From NCBI GenBank assembly GCA_036339995.1, contig JAYYZW010000049.1:7927-71926 (forward strand): a stretch of DNA of 64,000 nt. The letters are read 5' to 3'. The stretch is from Pseudomonadota bacterium. GTDB lineage: Bacteria > Pseudomonadota > Gammaproteobacteria > Ga0077536. The position numbers and the translations under genes are program-made. Below the pieces are notes generated by a model that ran no database searches, had not been told where the DNA came from, and saw nothing but the letters and a program-made list of their open reading frames with translations. Positions within the stretch are counted from its first letter, which is position 1; every line of letters begins with the position of its first letter. Below are positions 1 through 9,721 of the stretch, piece by piece.

Positions 1-1208
1 ATTATTCAATCGGTGAAACGTATCACCGGCTGGACGAAACCGATGATGAATTGGTCGTAAGCATGACCTGGAGTGATGTTGAAGGACACGAAGTAGAAAA
101 GCGATTCAAATTCAAACGCGGCAGTTATCTCATCGATGTGGAATACGTATTGCGCAACGGCAGTGACAAACCGTGGCGTGTTTTCCAATATGAACAATTA
201 CAGCGCTCGGATGTGTCCGGACGAGATGGAATGGTTTATACGTTTACCGGTGCGGCCTTATCGACGCCAGAAAAACGTTTCGAGAAATTCGACTACGACG
301 ATCTCGAAGACGCACCGATCGACGTGGCGGCGAACGATGCGTGGATCGGTGTAATGCAGCACTACTTCATCGCAGCGCTGATCCCACCGAAGAACGTTTC
401 CTACCAGTATTACTCGAAGATTTTACCGGGCAGCCGCTACCTTGTTGGATTCGTAAGCCCACCTGCGGAAATCGCATCCGGGGCAACGGAAACACTGCGG
501 AGTACCACGTATATCGGGCCTAAGCGCCACGATATCATCGAGCAGATCACACCCGGGCTTGAACTATCCGTCGATTACGGCGTGTTGTGGTTTATCGCCA
601 AACCCCTGTTTGTCGTACTCGAATACATTCACGGCCTTACGGGCAACTGGGGCTGGGGAATCATCATACTCACCTTGATTCTGAAGATCTTTTTCTACCC
701 ACTTTCGGCGGCCGGTTATCGTTCGATGGCGAACATGCGCAAGGTACAGCCGCGGTTGATCGCCCTACGCGACCGCTTTGCGAACGACAAAGCACAGTTG
801 AACCAAGCGATGATGAAGCTGTACAAGGAAGAAAAAATCAATCCGCTGGGAGGATGTTTTCCCATCCTCATCCAGATACCCGTTTTCATCTCCCTGTACT
901 GGGTGCTGCTCGAAAGCGTTGAGATTCGCCAGGCTCCTTTCGCGCTCTGGATCCATGATCTGTCCGAGAAGGATCCGTTTTTCGTCCTTCCCTTGTTGAT
1001 GGGGATCAGCATGTGGGTGCAGCAAAAACTCAATCCAGCACCGCTAGATCCGACGCAGGCCAAGGTCATGCAGATACTGCCCTTCGTCTTCACTGGATTC
1101 TTCGCGTTCTTCCCCTCCGGACTCGTGCTTTACTGGTTGGTGAACAATATTCTTTCGATCGCGCAGCAATGGCGCATCACCCGAATAATCGAACGCGAAC
1201 CGGGCTAG
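1..1208 (+). CDS. yidC: Membrane protein insertase YidC, C-terminal portion (5' end outside window)
   Basis: ORF 51..1208 is in frame from the window start. The translation has the conserved YidC periplasmic P1 and C-terminal 5-TM region (…WGWGIIILTLILKIFFYPL…LYWLVNNILSIAQQW…). The mnmE gene follows, as in the rpmH-rnpA-yidC-mnmE locus. Confidence 0.88.
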   Translation, partial: YSIGETYHRLDETDDELVVSMTWSDVEGHEVEKRFKFKRGSYLIDVEYVLRNGSDKPWRVFQYEQLQRSDVSGRDGMVYTFTGAALSTPEKRFEKFDYDDLEDAPIDVAANDAWIGVMQHYFIAALIPPKNVSYQYYSKILPGSRYLVGFVSPPAEIASGATETLRSTTYIGPKRHDIIEQITPGLELSVDYGVLWFIAKPLFVVLEYIHGLTGNWGWGIIILTLILKIFFYPLSAAGYRSMANMRKVQPRLIALRDRFANDKAQLNQAMMKLYKEEKINPLGGCFPILIQIPVFISLYWVLLESVEIRQAPFALWIHDLSEKDPFFVLPLLMGISMWVQQKLNPAPLDPTQAKVMQILPFVFTGFFAFFPSGLVLYWLVNNILSIAQQWRITRIIEREPG

Positions 1209-1311
1209 CTTCAATCCATTAGCACCCATCTCGAAATTATCTACGTGTGCGCCGGGAGCTCATCGCGCAGTTCAAAGTGCGACGAGCTTGGCAAACCATG
1301 AGCTGAACGGG

Positions 1312-1488
1312 CGGCGAGCAACGCCGAAATGCGCGTAAATAGCCTTAGGCCTCGGGTTGTGTCATGAAAACGCACTGGCTTTGCTGCGGCGCTTGAACAC
1401 AGCGGAACGCCGCCCTGTCGACTCGGTCGCACCCTTACGTTTTCAGGGCACAATCTACATGCGGATGATTTTGAGATAGGTTGTCGTA
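1312..1488 (+). repeat. About 175 bp leader repeat (copy A) ending in TTTTGAGATAGGTT 7 nt before the mnmE ATG; homologous to 19389..19566
   Basis: By-eye alignment with the purH upstream region gives about 70% identity across the full length. Shared blocks are CAAyGCCGAAATGCG…GCGCTTGAACA…TGACTCGG…CAGGGCACrATCTAyATGCG…TTTTGmrATAGGTT. Confidence 0.55.
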
Positions 1489-2838
1489 ATGGCGGATGAC
1501 ACGATCGTCGCAATATCGACCCCGCCTGGCCGTAGCGGTATTGGTATCGTTCGCGTTTCCGGCGCCTTGACGCGTCATGTCGTGGCGAAGATCACCGGGG
1601 GCATTACAAAACCGCGTCAAGCAACTCTTCGCGATTTTATAGACGGCTCAGGTGAGATTATCGATCGTGGAATCGTAGTTCGCTTTGTCGCACCGCGGTC
1701 GTTCACCGGAGAAGACGTCGCCGAGTTTCATGCTCACGGAAGCCTCGTCGTACTCCAGCTCCTTTTCGAGGCGATCTGCGCGCAGGGTGCGCGTCCTGCA
1801 CGTCCGGGCGAATTCACCGAACGCGCTTTCCGGCACGGCAAGATAGATCTCGCTCAGGCCGAGGCGATCGCCGATTTGATCAACTCACGATCGGTACGCG
1901 CGGCACGTTCGGCGATGCGGACGATGCGCGGAGAATTTTCCCGGCGGACGAACGCACTGATCGACAGACTTCACGTTGCCCGCGCCCAGCTCGAAGCATC
2001 CATCGATTTTCCGGAAGATATCGCGCCTGCCGGTATCGTCGACGATCAAATCGCCGAAGTGACCGCCATTTGTGAAACCCTGCACAAGCTGGGGGCAGCG
2101 GGAAGACAGGGGGCAAGACTGAATACCGGTGTCGCAGTGGCCATCGTTGGCCCGCCGAACGTCGGTAAATCAACGTTGATGAATGCTATCTCAGGTGAGG
2201 ACAAGGCTATTGTCAGCGAGTTACCCGGCACGACCCGCGACGTAATAGAGTGTGACATCCTGATGCGCGACATTCCGATACGTCTGTACGACACCGCGGG
2301 CTTACGCGAAGCCGACAATCCGATTGAACGTGAAGGTATTGATCGCGCAAACAAGGTCATGTATGACGCCGACATCTTGTTGATGATGACCGATACGGCC
2401 GAGGTCATTTCCGTCCATGATTTGCTGGCTAGTGAAAACCTGGACGACTTCGAGGACAAAACGGTTTTCGTCGTGCATAACAAGATCGATATCCTCGGAC
2501 TGGACCCGGGTATCGAACAGATATCCGGGTCGACCCATGTGTTCGTCTCCGCACGGGTTCCGAGCGGACTCGACTACCTGCGCCAAGCCGTTCTCGACGA
2601 TATCGGTTTGGGACAAATCGAGGAGAACGAGTTTGTGGCGCGCGAACGGCACCTTGCGGCTCTGGCCGCGGCCTCGGCGGAGTTAGGAGGCGTGAATCGG
2701 CAAATGGTAAATGACTCACCGGAGATAGTGGCGGAATGTTACCGACGTGCCGCGCGGTATTTGAGCGAGATTTCGGGGGCGTATTCGACGGAGGACATGC
2801 TGGGCGAAATATTCTCACGTTTCTGCATAGGCAAGTGA
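1489..2838 (+). CDS. mnmE: tRNA modification GTPase MnmE (TrmE)
   Basis: 449 aa. The N-terminal THF-binding domain starts MADDTIVAISTPPGRSGIGIVRVSG. It has a G-domain (GPPNVGKSTL, DTAGLRE) and the C-terminal CIGK motif. Confidence 0.95.
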   Translation: MADDTIVAISTPPGRSGIGIVRVSGALTRHVVAKITGGITKPRQATLRDFIDGSGEIIDRGIVVRFVAPRSFTGEDVAEFHAHGSLVVLQLLFEAICAQGARPARPGEFTERAFRHGKIDLAQAEAIADLINSRSVRAARSAMRTMRGEFSRRTNALIDRLHVARAQLEASIDFPEDIAPAGIVDDQIAEVTAICETLHKLGAAGRQGARLNTGVAVAIVGPPNVGKSTLMNAISGEDKAIVSELPGTTRDVIECDILMRDIPIRLYDTAGLREADNPIEREGIDRANKVMYDADILLMMTDTAEVISVHDLLASENLDDFEDKTVFVVHNKIDILGLDPGIEQISGSTHVFVSARVPSGLDYLRQAVLDDIGLGQIEENEFVARERHLAALAAASAELGGVNRQMVNDSPEIVAECYRRAARYLSEISGAYSTEDMLGEIFSRFCIGK

Positions 2839-2845
2839 TCACGTC

Positions 2846-3781
2846 GTGGTTGAAGTAAGGGGTCCTAAGCAAGACGGGCGATTGCTCGTAATCACCTTGA
2901 GCAATATCGGGGACCTCGTCATGACCACGCCGGTGTTCGAGGCCTTGAGCCGGCAATATCCCGATTACCCGATCGATTGCCTCGCGGATGCGCGTTCCTG
3001 TGAACTGCTCGCTAGCGCGCCTTATATCGGCGAACTTTTCATACGAGACAAGCGCGCCGGCTGGTCTGCCCAGTTCGAGCTCGTCAAACGTCTGCGCGGC
3101 CGCCGCTACGTATTGATCGTCGATCTGCGAACCCCACTCATTCCCTACCTGCTGCGCGCCGAGCGCCGCTTGATCAAACTTCGCACTGCTGTTCCAGGTA
3201 TCCACGCGGTCGAAGAACATTTCGAGGTCGTTCGATCCGTATTACCGTCCGGCACCGAGATTCCGCCATGCCGACTGCACCTCGCAGAGAGCGCACGTGT
3301 GCGTGCCGAAGAACTCCTCAGTGCGCTCCCCGGAAAATCCTGGCTGGCGGTAGCGCCGGGCGCGAACTGGCCGGGGAAAAAATGGCCCAACCGGCATTAC
3401 CGGGAATTACTGCAAATGGCGGCCACGGCCTTCGACGGCGCGGTCATTCTGGGATCGGCCGACGATCAGCCCGATTCTCGATCGCTGGAAGACCTCGACT
3501 TACCCGTGTGCAACCTGGTTGGGGTCACCGATCTACCAACGGCTTGCGCGGCGATCGCACGCGCTATGGCATTTGTCGGCAACGATTCCGGACTCGGTCA
3601 CATGGCCGCGGCACTGTCGATACCAACGGTGACGGTATTTGGGCCCGGACGGCCCGAACGCTACCGTCCCTGGGGTCTTAGCGCGCATGTGGTCTTGGCC
3701 CCGGGCCGCCGCTTAGATCAGCTTTTGCCGGCCCAGGTGTTCGAAAGCCTGCGCACGCTTGCGCTCAGCACGGAAGCCTGA
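2846..3781 (+). CDS. Glycosyltransferase family 9 (ADP-heptose:LPS heptosyltransferase-like)
   Basis: 311 aa. It carries the GT9 N-terminal signature (LLVITLSNIGDLVMTTPVFEAL) and the C-terminal GNDSGLGHMAAAL motif. It starts 8 nt after the mnmE stop. Confidence 0.8.
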   Translation: MVEVRGPKQDGRLLVITLSNIGDLVMTTPVFEALSRQYPDYPIDCLADARSCELLASAPYIGELFIRDKRAGWSAQFELVKRLRGRRYVLIVDLRTPLIPYLLRAERRLIKLRTAVPGIHAVEEHFEVVRSVLPSGTEIPPCRLHLAESARVRAEELLSALPGKSWLAVAPGANWPGKKWPNRHYRELLQMAATAFDGAVILGSADDQPDSRSLEDLDLPVCNLVGVTDLPTACAAIARAMAFVGNDSGLGHMAAALSIPTVTVFGPGRPERYRPWGLSAHVVLAPGRRLDQLLPAQVFESLRTLALSTEA

Positions 3782-3786
3782 CGCCA

Positions 3787-4820
3787 ATGCGAGTGGCGCA
3801 GATCATGCTGGCAAAACGTTTCGGCGGCGCCGAGCGTTCTTTCGTTGATTTGACCATCGGACTCGCCGAACGTGGTTTGCAGGTCCTTGCGATCGGCGAT
3901 CCGCGCGGTGAGGCGCTGGAAAAACTACCGCGTCATTCAAACATTCAATGCGCGCGGGTTAAGTGTCGTGGTGTGTGGGATTGGCTTTGCAGTTTTCGAA
4001 TCAAGCAGCACTTGGTGCGCTTCGCTCCCGACCTCGTGCAAACGCATCTTGCGCGGGCTGCACACCTCGGGGGACGTGCCGCACACGGCGCGGCGCCGAC
4101 ACTGGCGAAAACGCACAATTTGGTGAATCTCAATTATTACCGTTACATCGATAGCTTGGTTGCGACCACGAACGAACAGCAGACCTACCTTCTCGATAAC
4201 GGGATCCCGGCGACAGCAATCGTGAAAATACCCAATTTCTGTGCGTTCGAACCGACCGCTGGCGCCACGCGCGCGGCGGGCGAAGACCTCGTGATCAAGT
4301 CGCTCGGACGTTTCGTCGAAAAAAAGGCTTTGATCTTTTGTTGCACGCCTTCGCGCGCGTTCTTATCAGCGGTGTCGATGCGCGGCTCGAGATCGCGGGC
4401 GCCGGGCCGCAGGGACGCGTCCTGGGAGCACTTGCCGGCGAACTCGAAATACTCGACAAAGTGAGCTTCCCCGGATGGACCGATGATGTGCAGAGTTTTC
4501 TTTCAAACGCGCATGTCTTCGTTCTGCCGTCACGGGAAGAACCATTCGGTATTGCGCTGCTCGAAGCGATGGCCTGCGGCGTACCCATTGTATCCTCGCG
4601 TACGAGCGGTCCGCTCGAAGTGTTGAATGAGGAAACGGCGCTGCTCGTCGATCGCGATGACCCGGAAAGCCTCGCCCGCGCAATCACCGACATCGCGCGT
4701 GATCCCCACGCAGCGGCCAAGCGGGCACGCGAAGCACAACGGCGATTCAGCGAGAATTTCGATGCGAAGACGGTTATCGACCGCTACCTTGAGGTCTACG
4801 AAGATCTCACAAAGCAGTAA
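3787..4820 (+). pseudogene. GT4-family (GT1 fold) glycosyltransferase interrupted by a -1 frameshift at a poly(A)7 tract (4319..4325)
   Basis: ORF 3787..4464 encodes the N-terminal GT-B domain (…GRFVEKK). ORF 4338..4820 in another frame encodes the C-terminal domain (…EEPFGIALLEAMACGVPIV…). Adding one A at the A7 run gives a continuous …RFVEKKGFDLLLHAFARV… reading of about 340 aa. Confidence 0.7.
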
Positions 4821-4865
4821 AACAAGATAACGGCAACACCGGGTGTATCTACCCGCTCATCAAGC

Positions 4866-5831
4866 TCACAAGAGGTTTTCGGCGACGAGCCGCGCATGGA
4901 CGAGGTCCGCTGGAATTGACGCAAGACAGTCGGCAGACGCCCGGCTGTTGTCGGCCGGATCGTATTCAACGCAGGCGATGACGCGATCGACCTGGCCGAG
5001 CGCATGATTACGGTGCCAGTCGCTCGGCCCGAACAAGCCGAACACCGGAATACGTGATGCGGAAAGCACGTGCATCGGGCCGGAGTCGTTGGTGACGGCG
5101 AAGCGCGCGTGTTCGCCGAGCGCGGCGATCTCGGTGACGCTGAATTCCCCTGTTGCATCGATTCCGGTGGTCGCCGCGAGTTTGGCATTGCGCTCGCGAT
5201 CCGGTTCACCTCCGATCCATACGATGCGCATTCCGCTGTCGGCAATTCGCTCGGCCAGGGTCGCGAAATGCGGCCAGATCTTGTCACGGCGCGCGATGCT
5301 TGCGCCCGCATGCAGGATGGCGAAGCGGTCGTCGCCGAGGTGATTCGAATCTAGCCAGTGTTCAACGCGGTGCTGTTCGTCTTTGCCGCGCGGGAGCATG
5401 GGCGTACGATCGACTTCAGAGATCCCGGCACTGGCAAGAACCGCCACCATGCGATCGAAGATATGACATTGTCCATGCCAGGCGTTCGGCGGGTGATGGG
5501 TATTGGGGTATCTGTTATGGTTGCCGACGCGTTCAGGCGAGCCGGATAATGCACACCAGATGGCCGTTCGATCGTTACCTTGCAAATCGTAGATACGATC
5601 GAACTCAGCCTGACGTAACCAGCGGACGAGCTTGAACATAGTGCGCCAGCCGCGGCGGGGAAACGATGCGACCTTTAGATTCGGCCATGCGTCGAATAAC
5701 GGCGCGAACGCCGGCGTCGTCAGCAAGTGAAGTTCTGCGTTCTGATGAAATTTCTGAATGGCGTCTATCAGCGGCGTCGACATGACCACGTCGCCCAGCG
5801 CACCCAGTTTGATCACGAGGATACGGTTCAT
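4866..5831 (-). CDS. Glycosyltransferase family 9 (heptosyltransferase-like)
   Basis: 321 aa. It starts MNRILVIKLGALGDVVMSTPLIDAI, the GT9 N-terminal signature, and has the C-terminal …TNDSGPMHVLSA… motif. Confidence 0.8.
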   Translation of the reverse strand: MNRILVIKLGALGDVVMSTPLIDAIQKFHQNAELHLLTTPAFAPLFDAWPNLKVASFPRRGWRTMFKLVRWLRQAEFDRIYDLQGNDRTAIWCALSGSPERVGNHNRYPNTHHPPNAWHGQCHIFDRMVAVLASAGISEVDRTPMLPRGKDEQHRVEHWLDSNHLGDDRFAILHAGASIARRDKIWPHFATLAERIADSGMRIVWIGGEPDRERNAKLAATTGIDATGEFSVTEIAALGEHARFAVTNDSGPMHVLSASRIPVFGLFGPSDWHRNHALGQVDRVIACVEYDPADNSRASADCLASIPADLVHARLVAENLL

Positions 5832-5885
5832 CGTGACGCCGGCCGCTTCATGTCCGCGTCACGACTCGCGCACGACTGATCCGGC

Positions 5886-6701
5886 ATGCTAGATCCACGA
5901 CGGTTGATCGCCTGTTTTCGACTGCATACCTGGCGTAGAAACCTGGGTAACTTCGCGTTGATCAAGCATCGGCATAACGTCGGACATCTGCTGAGCATGC
6001 ATCAATCCGGTACTCATTGGCTCAAGTTCATGTTGGCCAATGCATTATCTCATCAATACGGGACGCCGCCGCCGGCCTACAATCATGCCAATGACATCAT
6101 CGGCGGACCGAAGGATCTACCGCGCTATCCGCAGCTGCCCCGGATCATCGCCAGTCATACGATCGCGCACCCGTTGCTCAGATTCGAAAGCGTTCACGGA
6201 CTCTGCAAGCTGCCGCGCTACGTCGTTCTGGTGCGCGACATCAGGGCGGCCCTGGCGTCGAACTACACTAAGTGGCGGAGCTCTTATGGGGTGTCATTTT
6301 CGGAATATCTCGCGGGGGATCCGCGCGGTCGCAAGTTTAACAGCGACCTGTGGTGGTCGCTACGTTTCCTCAATAGCTGGGGCGAAGTCCTGGAAAATGT
6401 ACCGAGGCGGGTGACCGTGATTCACTACGAAACGCTGGAAAACGACGCGTCGGGCGAACTCGAACGCATCGCGCACGACCTCGATCTAGACCTCTCGCAG
6501 GCGGCCATTGAACATGGTGTCGCGGTCTCGACTCGCCCGTTGATGCAGGAAAAAGACGATCCGCGGCGCCCGTCGGGCGCCGTACGATCGGCAACGTCCG
6601 ATCCACACGCATTTTTCGATGCGGCGGGAAAAGCGTTCCTCGTCGAGGTCTTAACCGCATGTCTGCGCCATGATTTCGGCTACGATTACAGCCGTTGGTG
6701 A
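5886..6701 (+). CDS. Sulfotransferase-family protein (putative glycan or LPS sulfotransferase)
   Basis: 271 aa. It has a 5'-PSB-like motif HQSGTHWL (compare PKSGTTW), a 3'-PB-like motif VLVRDIRAALASNY (R-D…S) and an IHYETLEND stretch (compare YEDL). It is embedded in the glycosyltransferase cluster. Confidence 0.5.
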   Translation: MLDPRRLIACFRLHTWRRNLGNFALIKHRHNVGHLLSMHQSGTHWLKFMLANALSHQYGTPPPAYNHANDIIGGPKDLPRYPQLPRIIASHTIAHPLLRFESVHGLCKLPRYVVLVRDIRAALASNYTKWRSSYGVSFSEYLAGDPRGRKFNSDLWWSLRFLNSWGEVLENVPRRVTVIHYETLENDASGELERIAHDLDLDLSQAAIEHGVAVSTRPLMQEKDDPRRPSGAVRSATSDPHAFFDAAGKAFLVEVLTACLRHDFGYDYSRW

Positions 6702-7846
6702 TGCAGCAAGCGCTGGTAGACGGACAGCGTGGCGTCCTGCATCCGCGCGAGCGTATAAGGATGCTCCCGCGGTAACGGCGTCCGGGATTTAAGGAGTTGC
6801 GCCGTGAGGTCGGCGGCCGCCGCCACGTCGCCCACGTCTACAAGCCCCGGCGGAAAAATACGCTTTAGAATTTCCGCAGTTCCGCCGTGTTCGAAACCGA
6901 TCACCGGCGTGCCCAGGCTCAAAGCCTCCACGGTCGTGCGTCCGAAGGCTTCCGGCTCCCGTGTCAGTGAATAGGCGATGTCGGATATCGCGAGGATCTC
7001 GCGGAGATCGCGCCGGTGCCCCAGGAAAGTGATATCCCGTGCTAGCCCCAATCGCTGGACGGTGTGTTTGAGTTCATCTTCGAAAGATCCCCGGCCTCGA
7101 TGTGCAGCTCCCGCGAGGAGGCCATGCACGTGTGCATCGCGGCGGCGTAATCGCGCGATCATTTCGATGAAGTCGAGCTGGCCCTTCCAGCGGGTGAGGC
7201 GCGCCGGCAAGGTTAACAGGGCTTTTCCGGCCAGGGCCGGGTATTCGGCGTGCCAGGCCGACATCCATTCCGTCGGCGGCGTGTATTCTAGATGGAATTT
7301 ATTTCGGTCGACCCCACGGGGGATCACCTCGATACGGCGAGCCTCGATCCTCGGGTACGAGTCGACGATGTAACGCTTGATGAATTCTGATATCGCGATC
7401 ACGATTTCTCCGGTGACCATGATGCGGCTGTAAGGATTAACGCTGTAAGGACCGTGAACAGTCGTCACCCAGGCCGGCCGCGCGACGTCGCTCAGGCGCT
7501 TGCAGGCCAGATGTCCCAGCCACGCGGGAAGCCGGGAACGTGCATGCACGATGTCGACATGCCGTTCGACGATGAGCTTGCGTAGAGCGCGGACGTGTCG
7601 GAGGCTCCCGATCCGCTTCTCGCCGATCGCTAAGGGGATGTGCTCGGCACCGCAGCTCTCGAGTTCCTCGACCAGTCGGCCCGGCGCGCAGACGACCAGC
7701 GCGCGGTATCCAGCGCGGCATAGCGCGTCTGCGATCTCGATCGTGCCGCGCTCGACGCCGCCGACCTCGAGTTCGGGCAGTAGCTGCATGACGGTCAAGG
7801 GGTGCGCGATCAAGCCGAGCGTTTCCCGCCGCCGATCTCCGGCCAT
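6686..7846 (-). CDS. Glycosyltransferase family 4 (GT1 fold)
   Basis: 386 aa. The N-terminus is LLPELEVGGVERGTIEIADAL. The C-terminal EAFGRTTVEALSLGTPVIG motif is typical of GT4 enzymes. Confidence 0.8.
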   Translation of the reverse strand: MAGDRRRETLGLIAHPLTVMQLLPELEVGGVERGTIEIADALCRAGYRALVVCAPGRLVEELESCGAEHIPLAIGEKRIGSLRHVRALRKLIVERHVDIVHARSRLPAWLGHLACKRLSDVARPAWVTTVHGPYSVNPYSRIMVTGEIVIAISEFIKRYIVDSYPRIEARRIEVIPRGVDRNKFHLEYTPPTEWMSAWHAEYPALAGKALLTLPARLTRWKGQLDFIEMIARLRRRDAHVHGLLAGAAHRGRGSFEDELKHTVQRLGLARDITFLGHRRDLREILAISDIAYSLTREPEAFGRTTVEALSLGTPVIGFEHGGTAEILKRIFPPGLVDVGDVAAAADLTAQLLKSRTPLPREHPYTLARMQDATLSVYQRLLHHQRL

Positions 7847-8748
7847 AGCTTGAGAATGATATCGGCGCAGCGACCCGCTTCGCTAAACGGCGTTTCATCG
7901 AGCTCCATGTCGCCGTGCCGCGCCCATTCGGCCAGGGTCGCGACCCTCCCCGCCGCTTTGAGTTCCTCGGCAACGCCGGTGATGCGATCGCGCCGTTTGG
8001 CGGGGACGTCGATGATGCCGACTTTCGCACCTGCCGTTAGGGCCTCGTAGATCATGGCGACGCTGTCACCGCTAACCCAGACATAACGCGAACGCCCCAG
8101 CGCTTCGGGCAGCCAGGCGCTGGTTGTCTTCGCGTTTGGCACGAAACGCGCGTTAGTACGCGACAGCGCCGACATTGCCGCACCGAGATCCTGAGGCGAG
8201 CGCCTCGAGTCCGAGATCTGCCAGGTGATCTCCAGTCGCCGATCGACGATGGCGAGGACGTCGCGCACCACCGCGGGTGTATCCCAGGCGTGATGCGACG
8301 AGGGGCCGCCCAGTAGAATGAGCCCGCGATCCCGACGCCGATTCGACGTCCTCTCCATCGGGTTCAGCGGACCGTCGCTGACGATGAGCTTGGTGCTCTC
8401 CTTGGGCCGGTCATGCCTGGGAACGATGCAGAGATCGAACCATGCCGGTGGTAATGCCGGGTGCATGAGATAGACGGCGCGGCCGCCGCGCGCCCTGCGG
8501 GCGGTCAGAAGCGGCCACTGGCACGCACCACCTGCGCCGATGATCAATACGGGGGTCGGCAACCGGTCGCCGCGATGAAAAGTGCCGCTACAGAATTCCA
8601 TGAAACCGCGCGCGCGCGATGGGGGAACGGCGATCGTGTCGACCTCGACCTTTACCCGTGAAGCGAGCGCCTTCGCGAGCCCTTCGGTCTGTCGTTCGTG
8701 GCCTCGTTTGCCGTCGGTCAGGCGCCAAATTACGGTGCTTTGCTCCAT
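7810..8748 (-). CDS. ELM1-family (PF06258/DUF1022-like) putative GT-B glycosyltransferase
   Basis: 312 aa. The N-terminus VIWRLTDGKRGHERQTEGLAKAL matches the conserved bacterial ELM1 start (…DGKAGHENQ…GLAEAL). It overlaps the upstream GT4 gene by 37 nt, so they form an operon. Confidence 0.55.
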   Translation of the reverse strand: MEQSTVIWRLTDGKRGHERQTEGLAKALASRVKVEVDTIAVPPSRARGFMEFCSGTFHRGDRLPTPVLIIGAGGACQWPLLTARRARGGRAVYLMHPALPPAWFDLCIVPRHDRPKESTKLIVSDGPLNPMERTSNRRRDRGLILLGGPSSHHAWDTPAVVRDVLAIVDRRLEITWQISDSRRSPQDLGAAMSALSRTNARFVPNAKTTSAWLPEALGRSRYVWVSGDSVAMIYEALTAGAKVGIIDVPAKRRDRITGVAEELKAAGRVATLAEWARHGDMELDETPFSEAGRCADIILKLWPEIGGGKRSA

Positions 8749-8797
8749 TGTCGATCCCGCGTCGGGCTCAACGCTTAACGTCCCGTCCCGCTAGATG

Positions 8798-9721
8798 CTA
8801 ATCGACGATGGTCAGCCATTCACCCGGGCCTTGACGCCGCCCTTCCACAAGATCGAGATAAGCTTGCTGCAATTGGCGCGTGACCGGACCGATGGAACCC
8901 TGGCCGATCCGGCGATTGTCGAGTTCACGTATGGGTGTGACTTCCGCTGCCGTCCCGGTGAAGAACGCTTCGTTGGCAATGTAGACATCGTCCCGCGTGA
9001 TGCGCTTTTCGATAACTTGGAATCCCTCTTCGGCCGCCAGGGACATGACAGTGTCGCGCGTTATGCCCTCGAGAGCGGACGTGATATCCGGCGTGTATAT
9101 GATGCCTTTGCGAACGATGAAGATATTTTCGCCGCTGCCTTCGGCAACCATGCCTTCGTTGTCGAGCAACAGCGCTTCGTCGTAACCGTCGCGCGCGGCT
9201 TCCTGCAACGCCATGATCGAATTGATGTAGTTGCCGCAGGCCTTGGCGCGGCACATAATGCTGTTCACCAGGTGTCGCGTATAGGAAGACGTTTTGATCC
9301 GGATGCCGCGCTCCAGCGCTTCCGCGCCGAGATACGCACCCCATACCCAGGCGGCGATGCTGACATGTACCGACAGGTTGTCCGCATGCAGGCCCATGCC
9401 CTCCGACCCGTAATAAACCAGCGGGCGGACGTACCCCGTTTCCAGGCCGTTTTCTCGGATGGCGTCGATGCAAGCCTGTCGAATGACCGCGAATTCGTAG
9501 GGAATGTCCATTTCGAGGATGTGCGCGGTGTTGTAAAGCCGCTGAATATGGTCGTCGAGGCGAAAGAGCGCGGTTCCCTGCGGCGTCTTGTAGGCCCGGA
9601 TCCCCTCGAATGCCCCGACGCCGTAATGCAGCGTATGGGTCAAAACGTGCACCTTGGCTTCGCGCCAGGGAACCATGCGTCCATCCATCCAGATCACACC
9701 GTCACGGTCGGCGTAGCTCAT
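8798..9721 (-). CDS. ilvE: Branched-chain amino acid aminotransferase
   Basis: 307 aa. The translation reads MSYADRDGVIWMDGRMVPWREAKVHVLTHTLHYGVGAFEGIRAY…, a fold-type IV PLP enzyme with strong IlvE similarity. Confidence 0.92.
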   Translation of the reverse strand: MSYADRDGVIWMDGRMVPWREAKVHVLTHTLHYGVGAFEGIRAYKTPQGTALFRLDDHIQRLYNTAHILEMDIPYEFAVIRQACIDAIRENGLETGYVRPLVYYGSEGMGLHADNLSVHVSIAAWVWGAYLGAEALERGIRIKTSSYTRHLVNSIMCRAKACGNYINSIMALQEAARDGYDEALLLDNEGMVAEGSGENIFIVRKGIIYTPDITSALEGITRDTVMSLAAEEGFQVIEKRITRDDVYIANEAFFTGTAAEVTPIRELDNRRIGQGSIGPVTRQLQQAYLDLVEGRRQGPGEWLTIVD

